Under the pieces are notes generated by a model, which worked only from the letters and a program-made list of their open reading frames with translations, searched no databases and was not told the DNA's origin. A program made the translations under genes and the position numbers. From assembly GCA_029555085.1 (NCBI GenBank), contig JAKPTO010000006.1, positions 1-26,314 on the forward strand: a stretch of 26,314 bases of DNA. Reading direction: 5' to 3'. Below are positions 1 through 7,419 of the stretch, one piece after another. The stretch's first letter is position 1; each line of letters starts with the position of its first letter. Origin of the DNA: a bacterium (GTDB lineage: Bacteria; Patescibacteriota; Patescibacteriia; UBA1558; S5-K13).

Positions 1-2
1 AT

Positions 3-1151
3 ATGAAAAGATTAACTGAAATAGATAATAAATCTAAATCAGGACAAGAACTAAACAAAGACGATCTTAGATTTCTCTATGAAATAGATTCAGAAATCAA
101 AGGATTTGGTTATGAAAAAGACCCAAGAATACAAGAAATACTACAAGAAAGAGACATAAAAGAAGATATGTCTATAGCTATTGACTGCAAAAAAGAAGAA
201 ATAAGCTTAACAAAAGAAGAAGCATTATCTGGAAATATAAAATATCACTATGGAGATCTTTATCTTCGTAATCTTACATCAGCACAAGGTTTAGAGCTAC
301 CTGAAATTATTCGTGGAAGTCTTTATCTTTATAGTCTTACCTCAGCGGATGGTCTAAAATTCCCTAAAAGTGTTGGTGGATATCTTGATCTTTATAATCT
401 TACATCAGCACGAGGCTTGGAATTGCCTAAAATTATTCGTGGATATCTTGATCTTCGTAGTCTTACATCAGCAGACGGTCTAAAATTCCCTAAAAGTGTT
501 GGTGGAGATCTTAGCCTTTATAATCTTACATCAGCAGACGGTCTAAAACTTCCTGAAAGCGTTGGTAGAAGTCTTGATCTTCGTAATCTTACATCAGCAG
601 ACGGTTTAAAACTTCCTGAAAACATTGGTGGAGATCTTTATCTTAGTAGTCTTACATCAGCAGACGGTCTAAAATTCCCTAAAAGCGTTGGTGGAGATCT
701 TGGTCTTGATAGTCTTACCTCAGCAGATGGTCTAAAACTTCCTGAAAGCGTTGGTGGAGGCCTTGGTCTTTCTAATCTTACCTCAGCAGATGGTCTAAAA
801 CTTCCTAAATATATTGGCGGACATCTTAGTCTTCCTAATCTTACCTCAGCACAGGGTTTAGAATTACCTCAAAATGTTGGTGGATATATTTATCTTCCTG
901 GTCTTACCTCAGCAGATGGTCTAAAATTCCCTGAAAGTGTTGGTGGAGATCTTTATCTTTATAATCTTACCTCAGCAGATGGTCTAAAACTTCCTGAAAT
1001 TATTCGTGGAAATCTTGATCTTCGTGGTCTTACATCGGCACAAGGTTTAGAGCTACCTGAAAACATTGGTGGATATATTTATCTTCCTGGTCTTACATCA
1101 GTAGAAAAAGATGAATTAAGACAGAAATATCCTAAATTAAAGATAATTTAA
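3..1151 (+). CDS. LRR-like repeat protein (13 full and 1 partial 21-aa repeats), probably 5'-truncated by the window edge
   Basis: The ORF starts 2 nt from the window edge. An 84-aa helical segment (..DLRFLYEIDSEIKGFGYEKDPRIQEI..) precedes repeats of xLxLxxLTSAxGLxLPxxVGG and a short C-terminal cap. Confidence 0.85.
   Translation: MKRLTEIDNKSKSGQELNKDDLRFLYEIDSEIKGFGYEKDPRIQEILQERDIKEDMSIAIDCKKEEISLTKEEALSGNIKYHYGDLYLRNLTSAQGLELPEIIRGSLYLYSLTSADGLKFPKSVGGYLDLYNLTSARGLELPKIIRGYLDLRSLTSADGLKFPKSVGGDLSLYNLTSADGLKLPESVGRSLDLRNLTSADGLKLPENIGGDLYLSSLTSADGLKFPKSVGGDLGLDSLTSADGLKLPESVGGGLGLSNLTSADGLKLPKYIGGHLSLPNLTSAQGLELPQNVGGYIYLPGLTSADGLKFPESVGGDLYLYNLTSADGLKLPEIIRGNLDLRGLTSAQGLELPENIGGYIYLPGLTSVEKDELRQKYPKLKII
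255..1100 (+). repeat. Coding tandem array of 63-bp units (13 full + 1 partial)
   Basis: Units start at 255, 318, 381 ... 1011, 1074. Consensus NNT ctt NNT ctt NNT NNT ctt acM tca gca gaY ggt cta aaa ... cct Raa NNY Rtt ggt gga. Confidence 0.95.
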
Positions 1152-1305
1152 TATTTTGTAATAAGTATTAATCTATATTTTGACTTGAAATGGGTTATAG
1201 TATTGTTTATTAAATCGTAGTATTTAAAAATTTTGCTTATATAATTTTTTGTTTTTTATGTGTTTATAATGTAAAATTAATTTATAATTTTTAATATTTT
1301 TATTT

Positions 1306-2667
1306 ATGAAAATTTCATTTCATGGCGCATGTAAAGAAGTAACTGGTTCCTGTATTCTTGTAGAATCGGATAATTTTAAATTTCTTGTTGATTGTGGTTC
1401 TTTTCAGGGACAGGAATTTTCTTCTGATAGAAACGCTCAAGATTTTATATTCGATCCAAAACTTATTGATTTTGTTCTTTTAACTCATTCGCACCTAGAT
1501 CACTGCGGGAGATTACCTAAATTATTTCAGGAAGGTTTTCGAGGAATGATTTATTGTACAAGACCCACAAAAGATCTTGTATATTTGATTTTGATGGATG
1601 CTTTGAAGATAATGAAGGATAAGGAAAGTATCAATAAAAAACTTCAATACACATTAAAAGATGTAGAAGGCGTTATGAATTTAATTAAATGCTTAGATTA
1701 CAATGATGATTTTGATGTAAATAAATTTGTAAGAATAAGATTAAAAGATGCTGGACATATTTTGGGATCTGCTTTTTTTGAGGTTTATATAAAAGAAAAT
1801 AATAAAGAGAAAAAAATAGTATTTTCTGGTGACTTAGGAAATCCACCAACTCCAATTATAAGAGATACTGAATTTTCAGATGGCGCGGATATTGTGGTAG
1901 TAGAATCAACTTATGGTGGCTTATTGCACGAAGATAAGGAAATCGGTAAAAGTGCTATAAAAAATGTAATTCTTGAAACAATAAAAAATAAAAGTGTTTT
2001 GATAGTCCCTGTTTTTGCAGTTGAAAGATCTCAGGAAGTTTTATATGAACTTAATAATTTAGTAGAAAATAATTTAATTCCAGAGGTTCCAATGTTTTTT
2101 GATTCTCCCATGGGAATTAATGCAATAGATATTTATAGAAAATATCTTGATTTTTATGATGAAGATACTAAAAAATTAATAGATTCAGGTGATGACATTT
2201 TTATATTTCCAAAAATGAAATATACTCTTACACCTTTTGAGTCAAAAAAAATAAATAACACACAAGCTCCAAAAATTATTTTAGCTGGAAGTGGAATGTG
2301 TAATGGGGGAAGAGTTTTGCATCATTTGAAATTTAATTTAAGTAATCCAAAAACTAATGTTATGCTGTTATCTTTTCAAGCAAAAGATACTTTGGGTAGA
2401 AAACTTATGGAAGGAGAGAAAAATGTTTTAATTAATGAAGTGGATGTGGAGGTGAGAGCTAAAATTTCTGTTTTTGGATGTTTTTCTTCTCATGCAGATG
2501 AAAAAAAATTAGAAAATTGGCTTTCTAGTTTTACAAAAATTAAACCAAAAACTATTTTTATAAATCACGGGGAAGAGGATAGAAGCATTGCGTTGCAAAA
2601 TAATTTGAAAAAAACTACAAAAGCGAAAATACTAATCCCAGAATTTGGTGTTAAATATAACATTTAA
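1306..2667 (+). CDS. MBL-fold metallo-hydrolase, beta-CASP RNA-processing nuclease family
   Basis: Motifs GACKEVTGSC, LVDCG, THSHLDHCG (HxHxDH), AGHILGS, SGDLG, ESTYG, FAVERSQE, SGMCNGGR, FSSHAD and NHGE are all present. Confidence 0.93.
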   Translation: MKISFHGACKEVTGSCILVESDNFKFLVDCGSFQGQEFSSDRNAQDFIFDPKLIDFVLLTHSHLDHCGRLPKLFQEGFRGMIYCTRPTKDLVYLILMDALKIMKDKESINKKLQYTLKDVEGVMNLIKCLDYNDDFDVNKFVRIRLKDAGHILGSAFFEVYIKENNKEKKIVFSGDLGNPPTPIIRDTEFSDGADIVVVESTYGGLLHEDKEIGKSAIKNVILETIKNKSVLIVPVFAVERSQEVLYELNNLVENNLIPEVPMFFDSPMGINAIDIYRKYLDFYDEDTKKLIDSGDDIFIFPKMKYTLTPFESKKINNTQAPKIILAGSGMCNGGRVLHHLKFNLSNPKTNVMLLSFQAKDTLGRKLMEGEKNVLINEVDVEVRAKISVFGCFSSHADEKKLENWLSSFTKIKPKTIFINHGEEDRSIALQNNLKKTTKAKILIPEFGVKYNI

Positions 2668-2685
2668 TTTTTTTTAGTTATATAT

Positions 2686-2714
2686 AAATAAAAACTACTC
2701 TTAATAGAGTAGTT
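2686..2714 (-). terminator. Intrinsic terminator; U-tract on the - strand, possibly bidirectional
   Basis: Perfect 9-bp stem AACTACTCT (2693-2701) / AGAGTAGTT (2706-2714) with a 4-nt loop. On the - strand the stem runs out into TTTTTATTT. Confidence 0.75.
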
Positions 2715-2966
2715 AAAATTTATATTTTTCAGTAATCAAAGTAGTGTGTAGAGTTTAGAGTTATGATATGACATTGTTTTCCGCTGTTACCATAATTATC
2801 ATTGCAATGAAGCTTTGATAATGTAACTTTGGTCCACATTTATATAATTATTTGTCATTTATAACTCTATTTTAAGGCCAAATCCACGCTTTAAAGCGCA
2901 GAAATAGCCAAATAGTTCCCTCCACACTATTTTAATCACTGAAATTTTAATGTACTTTATGTGAAT
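2688..2966 (-). ncRNA. Candidate structured non-coding RNA (rod-like, 6S-RNA-like architecture; family unassigned)
   Basis: Nested pairings: 2727-2751/2920-2944 (21 of 25 Watson-Crick), 2756-2773/2853-2869, 2786-2790/2823-2827, 2795-2801/2816-2822, plus a side hairpin at 2876-2909. Most mismatches become G-U wobbles on the - strand. It is flanked by a - strand promoter and terminator. The ends are estimates. Confidence 0.7.
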
Positions 2967-2972
2967 ATTTTA

Positions 2973-3001
2973 ATGATAGCACATTTTGTAATATTTGTCA
3001 A
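2973..3001 (-). promoter_or_regulatory. Sigma70-type promoter for the candidate ncRNA
   Basis: The - strand reads TTGACA (3001-2996), a 17-nt spacer ending in TGc, then TATCAT (2978-2973): a perfect -35, optimal spacing and an extended -10. Confidence 0.75.
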
Positions 3002-3060
3002 TAGCAAATAATATTTTAAAAATATTGACTTATTTTTGTATTTATTTTATAAAATAAGTA

Positions 3061-3089
3061 TTGTATATATATTTTTTTTATGTTATATT
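3061..3089 (+). promoter_or_regulatory. Putative sigma70 promoter for lepB-hisS
   Basis: TTGTAT-17 nt-TATATT with TG at the extended position. A second candidate, TTGACT(3025)-17-TATAAA, lies upstream. The AT-rich background lowers specificity. Confidence 0.4.
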
Positions 3090-3121
3090 ATTGTATAATT
3101 GTGATTAAATTGTTATAAAAT

Positions 3122-3757
3122 ATGAAAAATAAAAATCAAAACTTAGAATATATTAATGAGGGCGAGGATGTGAACTTTGATAATCTACCCCAACCAAACA
3201 AATGGAGAGAACGCATTAGTTTTGTTTTAGAAATTGTAAAAACAGTTATAATTTCACTTGCAATTATATTGCCTATTAGATATTTTTTAATACAACCATT
3301 TATGGTTGACGGAGCTTCAATGGAGCCAAATTTTTACAACGCCGATTATTTGATAATTGATGAGATTTCTTATAGATTTAAAGTTCCAGAAAGAGGAGAT
3401 GTGGTTGTTTTTAAAAATCCAGAAAACACAAAAGAATATTTTATAAAAAGAGTTATAGGTCTTCCTGGTGAAACGATAAAAATTCAAGACGGAAAGGTTT
3501 TTTTAAAAAATATTAATTCAGGTGAATTTGAACAAATCCAAGAGGATTATCTGCCAGTAAATTTACAAACAATTGGTGTGGGTAGGGATATTATTATTCC
3601 AGATAATCATTATTTTGTTCTTGGAGATAATAGATCAAATAGTAGAGATAGTAGATATTTTGGTGCAATTTCAGAAGATTTAATAACAGGAAAAGTTCTT
3701 TTAAGGGGATATCCATTTAACAGAATAAAATTATTTACAGGAGATAAGCAATATTAA
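3122..3757 (+). CDS. lepB: Signal peptidase I
   Basis: One TM helix, catalytic Ser box (VDGASMEPNF), Lys box (YFIKRVIGLPG) and box E (GDNRSNSRDSR). Confidence 0.96.
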   Translation: MKNKNQNLEYINEGEDVNFDNLPQPNKWRERISFVLEIVKTVIISLAIILPIRYFLIQPFMVDGASMEPNFYNADYLIIDEISYRFKVPERGDVVVFKNPENTKEYFIKRVIGLPGETIKIQDGKVFLKNINSGEFEQIQEDYLPVNLQTIGVGRDIIIPDNHYFVLGDNRSNSRDSRYFGAISEDLITGKVLLRGYPFNRIKLFTGDKQY

Positions 3758-3810
3758 TTTAATTAAAAACAAATTCTAAATTAGTTTGTTTTATTGAGAT
3801 ATAAATATTT

Positions 3811-5148
3811 ATGTCAAAGAAAAAAGTTCAAAAATTTTATTTAGTAAAAGGTTTTAAAGATATTTTGCCAGAAGATCAACCATATTGGGAGTTTTTGCGT
3901 AAAAAATGTTTTAATGTGGCTAAATCTTATGGATATGAAAGAATAGATTTACCAATACTAGAGGATAGTAAATTATTTGTGAAGGGAGTTGGTAATTTAA
4001 CAGATGTTGTTTCAAAAGAAATGTTTAGTTTTGAAACATTGGGCAAAGAAAGAGTTTCTCTAAGGCCAGAAGGAACAGCTGGAGCGGTTAGAGCATATAT
4101 AGAGCACGGGATGATGAATAGAAAAAAACCAGTAAAATTATTTTATATGGGGCCAATGTTTAGATATGATAAACCACAAGCCGGAAGATATAGACAGTTT
4201 TATCAATTTGGTTTGGAAATTTTTGCAGGAGATGAACCCATAATTGATTCACAAATGATTTATATGGTGTATCAATTTTTTGATGAATTAAAAATTCCTA
4301 TTATTGTAAAAATAAATAGTATTGGTTGTCCTAAATGTCGTGAGAAATTTTTGAAAGTTTTAAAGGATTATTTGAAAAAAAATAAATCTAAATTATGTAA
4401 GGATTGTCAGTTAAGATACAACAAAAATGTTTTAAGAATTTTAGATTGTAAAGAAAAAAAGTGCAAAGAGATTATACAAGAATCTCCACAAATATTGGAT
4501 CATTTATGCGAGGATTGTAATAAGCATTTTGTAAAGACCCTGGAGTATTTAGAAGATTCTCAGATAAATTATGAGCTTGATCCATTTGTAGTAAGAGGAC
4601 TTGATTATTATAATAGAACAACATTTGAAGTTGTTCCTACGGAAGAGTTTGCTGGGGGAGAAATTAGCGCTCAGGGCGCTCTTGCCGGTGGAGGCAGATA
4701 TGATTATTTAGTTAAAAGTCTTGGTGGTCAAAATACTCCCGCAATTGGCGTGGCATTTGGAATGGATAGAATAGTTAATGCACTTAAAAAAATAAAGGAT
4801 TTAGAGATACCAAGCATCAATTCAAGTGATATTTTTGTAGCGCAATTAGGAGATAAAGCTAGGAAGAAAGTTTTAGCGCTTTTTGAAAAATTAAGGCGCG
4901 CTGGATTTTCAGTATCTGAAAGTATATCAAAAACATCTTTGGGTCAACAACTTGAAGAAGCCAATAGATTAAAGACGAAATTAGCTCTTATAATAGGAGA
5001 AAAAGAATTATTAGATAAGACGATTTTAATAAGAGATATGGAAAGTGGTAGTCAGGAAGTTGTTCCAGAAAATAAAATTGAATCTGTCTTAGAAACCAGA
5101 TTAAAAAGTTTAGATATAAATGTTAAAAAAACCAGAATACGCAATTAA
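3811..5148 (+). CDS. hisS: Histidine--tRNA ligase
   Basis: LRPEGTA, motif 2 FRYDKPQAGRYRQFYQ, VRGLDYY, GGGRYD, and an anticodon-binding C-terminal domain. Confidence 0.97.
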   Translation: MSKKKVQKFYLVKGFKDILPEDQPYWEFLRKKCFNVAKSYGYERIDLPILEDSKLFVKGVGNLTDVVSKEMFSFETLGKERVSLRPEGTAGAVRAYIEHGMMNRKKPVKLFYMGPMFRYDKPQAGRYRQFYQFGLEIFAGDEPIIDSQMIYMVYQFFDELKIPIIVKINSIGCPKCREKFLKVLKDYLKKNKSKLCKDCQLRYNKNVLRILDCKEKKCKEIIQESPQILDHLCEDCNKHFVKTLEYLEDSQINYELDPFVVRGLDYYNRTTFEVVPTEEFAGGEISAQGALAGGGRYDYLVKSLGGQNTPAIGVAFGMDRIVNALKKIKDLEIPSINSSDIFVAQLGDKARKKVLALFEKLRRAGFSVSESISKTSLGQQLEEANRLKTKLALIIGEKELLDKTILIRDMESGSQEVVPENKIESVLETRLKSLDINVKKTRIRN

Positions 5149-5190
5149 ATAAATTAATAAATTTTAAAACATAAGTTTTAATTTTTGAAA

Positions 5191-5204
5191 AGAAAGGAAG
5201 GTGA
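5191..5204 (+). promoter_or_regulatory. Extended Shine-Dalgarno of rpsU
   Basis: AGAAAGGAAGGTGA, the anti-SD complement AAGGAGGTGA with one extra A, ends 5 nt before an in-frame GTG at 5210. Confidence 0.7.
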
Positions 5205-5209
5205 ATAAA

Positions 5210-5437
5210 GTGGTAGAAGTAAAAGCAAAAAATAATGAATCATTTGAAAAGCTCAACAGAAGGTTTACGAAAAAAATTATTCAAAGTGGTAAATTGATTC
5301 AAGCAAGAAAAATAAGATTTAAGACAAAGCTTAAAAATGCAAGAGAGAAAAAGGCCGGAGCGATTCATAGAGTGAAAATGCAAGACAAGAGAGAGTATTT
5401 AAGGAAAATTGGCAAAATTGACGAACCAATGATGTAG
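5210..5437 (+). CDS. rpsU: 30S ribosomal protein bS21 (start more likely GTG 5210 than GTG 5201)
   Basis: Small, very basic protein: VEVKAKNNESFEKLNRRFTKKIIQSGKL..ARKIRFKTK matches the bS21 pattern V.v..nEs.e.alRRFk+. The SD spacing favours 5210. Confidence 0.85.
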   Translation: MVEVKAKNNESFEKLNRRFTKKIIQSGKLIQARKIRFKTKLKNAREKKAGAIHRVKMQDKREYLRKIGKIDEPMM

Positions 5438-5533
5438 ATTATTCAATTTTATAAAGTTGAAATATTTTCTTTTATTAATTGAGGTGTGTTTATTTAAAAT
5501 GTTTTCGAAATAGGAGATAAAAAGAATAATTTG

Positions 5534-5542
5534 TGCTATAAT
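5534..5542 (+). promoter_or_regulatory. Extended -10 promoter of the pilin/adhesin cluster
   Basis: TGCTATAAT (TGnTATAAT consensus); no clear -35. Predicted TSS about 5549-5551. Confidence 0.6.
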
Positions 5543-5550
5543 AAATGGTA

Positions 5551-5641
5551 GTGAAATAGACAACGCAAAATCAAATTTTGATAAATTTATGAAATTCGTG
5601 ATAGATCATAAATGGATAAGTAGATGATTTTGCGATTTCAC
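5551..5641 (+). promoter_or_regulatory. Structured 5' leader (long interrupted hairpin)
   Basis: GTGAAAT 5551-5557 pairs with ATTTCAC 5635-5641; CGCAAAATCA 5564-5573 with TGATTTTGCG 5625-5634; ATTTATGA 5585-5592 with TCATAAAT 5606-5613. Confidence 0.6.
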
Positions 5642-5689
5642 AATTTTAAACTAGGAATTAGATTAAAAATAAAAATTACACAAAATAAA

Positions 5690-7414
5690 ATGATTCTTAA
5701 ATTGAGAAATTTCTCTCTTTTAAAAAAGGCAGTTGCTTTTAGTTTTTTATTGCAACTGGCTTTTTTATTTGTGCCAAAAATTTCATTTGCAGAACCTCTA
5801 CAAAAACATCCAATAGGATATATTCCAAGTATTGAGGGATTAGCAACAAGCGCTAGTCCAGAAGTAGTGATAACTAATATAATTCAAATCTTTTTGGGAC
5901 TTTTAGGATTTATAGCTCTTATTATAATTATTTATGGCGGATTTGTATGGATGACTAGTGGTGGTAATCAAGAAAAAATAAATAAAGCTAAGGGGATTTT
6001 AAAAAGCGCAATTATCGGCTTACTAATAATTTTATTTTCATATGTAATTGTTAGTGTTGTTATGAGAGCAGTTGTCGGTGTTACGACAGATGATGGTGGA
6101 GGAGGAACTGGTTATACTGATGGCGACGATTATACATTTGGTGATGGAGCTCTCGGGGGTGGAGTAATAGAGAATCATTTTCCAGAGCGTGATGCTATAA
6201 ATGTTCCTAGAAATACAATGATCATGATTACATTCAAAGTTCCAGTTGCAACAAGTACAATTTTAAATGACGATAATCCTCCAGCGGATTGTGCTACTTA
6301 TAATGTTAATGGAAATGAGTGTGGAAATTTGAGAGCTGATAATATAAAGATCAAAAATGTTAACAATCAAATCCTTGCGTCTGATAGAGTTATTGCTGTA
6401 TTGCAGAAAAATGGAAAATCAGTTTTATTGAAGCCCGTGGATTTGTTAGGTTTAAGCACCTCAGATGTAAATATTAATGTTCATTTAACATCGGGTATTC
6501 TAGCGCAGAATGGAAATAGTTTATTATCAGGGAATGGATATTCGTGGAATTTCACAGTTAGTACTTTTTCTGATACTACTCCGCCAAGAGTTACTAAGGT
6601 TTGGCCAAAGGCCTCAGAAAATTCAGATGTGAAATTTGCTAGAAATGCAATTATTCAAATTAATTTTTCAGAACCGATAAATTTTTTAAGTATGGATGGA
6701 AATATCACGGTAAGTTCAAGTGGTAGTATTTTACCAGGAGAATTAAAAATTAGTAATAAATATAAAACAGTGGAGTTTTTAAGTTCTGGTAGTTGTAGTG
6801 AATCATCAACAAGCCCCACAATTAATTCTTGCGGGGAAAGAGTTTTTTGCTTGCCGGCAAATTCAACAATAAATGGATTAATTTATTCTGGAAACGGTAT
6901 TAATCCATTAAGTGGAATAAGTGATGCAGCTGGTAATTTATTAGACGGAAATAGCGACGGACAATCCAGTGGTTCTCCACATGATGATTATAAGTGGTCT
7001 TTTAATACAAGTGATACTATAGATTTATCTGTCCCTAAAATTATTCTCGTTTCTCCTACAGCAGATAAAATTTCTATTAATCCGGAGATATATGCTAAAT
7101 TTAGTAAAGATATTTCACCAAGCTCTTTAACTTCGGATAATGTTTATATATATAATAGTACTTTATGTAGTAGCGAAGATAATAATACTATTGGTAAAAA
7201 AGATGAACTAGTGTTAGGAAGTACAGGAACTGCTTGTTTTCCAAATTATTCTGTTTATTTGAAAGACGATGGAGTTTCTGCGAGTATAAATATATATTCT
7301 CCGTATTTACAAAAAAATGCTATATATAGACCAAGGTTAACATCTGGAGTAAAAGATACATACGGAAATTGTTTTTATCATTCACATGGTCCTAGTGGCC
7401 CAGGACAACATTAA
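5690..7414 (+). CDS. Secreted/membrane protein: signal peptide, VirB2/TrbC-like CPR pilin domain and ~3 bacterial Ig-like (Big_5-type) domains
   Basis: Signal peptide ending ISFA|E; helical hairpin FLGLLGFIALIIIIYGGFVWMTSGGNQEKINKAKGILKSAIIGLLIILFSY; Ig units such as P..NVPRNTMIMITF..YSWNFTV and DTTPPRVTKVWP..IQINFSEPI. The start is moved from 5624, which lies inside the leader hairpin, to ATG 5690 (inferred). Confidence 0.8.
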   Translation: MILKLRNFSLLKKAVAFSFLLQLAFLFVPKISFAEPLQKHPIGYIPSIEGLATSASPEVVITNIIQIFLGLLGFIALIIIIYGGFVWMTSGGNQEKINKAKGILKSAIIGLLIILFSYVIVSVVMRAVVGVTTDDGGGGTGYTDGDDYTFGDGALGGGVIENHFPERDAINVPRNTMIMITFKVPVATSTILNDDNPPADCATYNVNGNECGNLRADNIKIKNVNNQILASDRVIAVLQKNGKSVLLKPVDLLGLSTSDVNINVHLTSGILAQNGNSLLSGNGYSWNFTVSTFSDTTPPRVTKVWPKASENSDVKFARNAIIQINFSEPINFLSMDGNITVSSSGSILPGELKISNKYKTVEFLSSGSCSESSTSPTINSCGERVFCLPANSTINGLIYSGNGINPLSGISDAAGNLLDGNSDGQSSGSPHDDYKWSFNTSDTIDLSVPKIILVSPTADKISINPEIYAKFSKDISPSSLTSDNVYIYNSTLCSSEDNNTIGKKDELVLGSTGTACFPNYSVYLKDDGVSASINIYSPYLQKNAIYRPRLTSGVKDTYGNCFYHSHGPSGPGQH

Positions 7415-7419
7415 ATATT

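Noticed and set aside
255-1100. Classical diversity-generating retroelement (VR/TR pair)
   Set aside because: There is no reverse transcriptase or template repeat in the window, and many adenines inside the repeats (tca gca, gga) are nearly invariant, which classical A-to-N mutagenesis would not predict. A remote DGR cannot be excluded.
255-1100. CRISPR array
   Set aside because: The units are in-frame 63-bp coding repeats without unique spacers, and there are no cas genes.
2799-2858. 19-codon ORF on the - strand (MTNNYINVDQSYIIKASLQ) inside the structured RNA
   Set aside because: It is short, not hydrophobic like a type I toxin, and its start is buried in a stem. It is plausible by chance and was not called without conservation data.
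2727-2944. MITE/IS remnant, tmRNA, RNase P RNA or SRP RNA
   Set aside because: Nested internal stems, G-U strand bias and a dedicated promoter/terminator favour an RNA over terminal inverted repeats. I found no tRNA-like GGGG..CCA ends or ALAA-type tag, no GAGGAAAGUCC, and no SRP GGAA/GCAGC motif.
5551-5641. c-di-GMP-I riboswitch (ACGCAAA resembles its junction motif)
   Set aside because: The GGCAAAC element and a GNRA-capped P2 stem are missing, and the CGCAAAA bases are used in a long-range stem.
5624-5689. ORF-track start for the first pilin fusion
   Set aside because: The ATG overlaps the leader hairpin and would give an unusually long signal peptide. ATG 5690 has an A-rich leader like the other genes.
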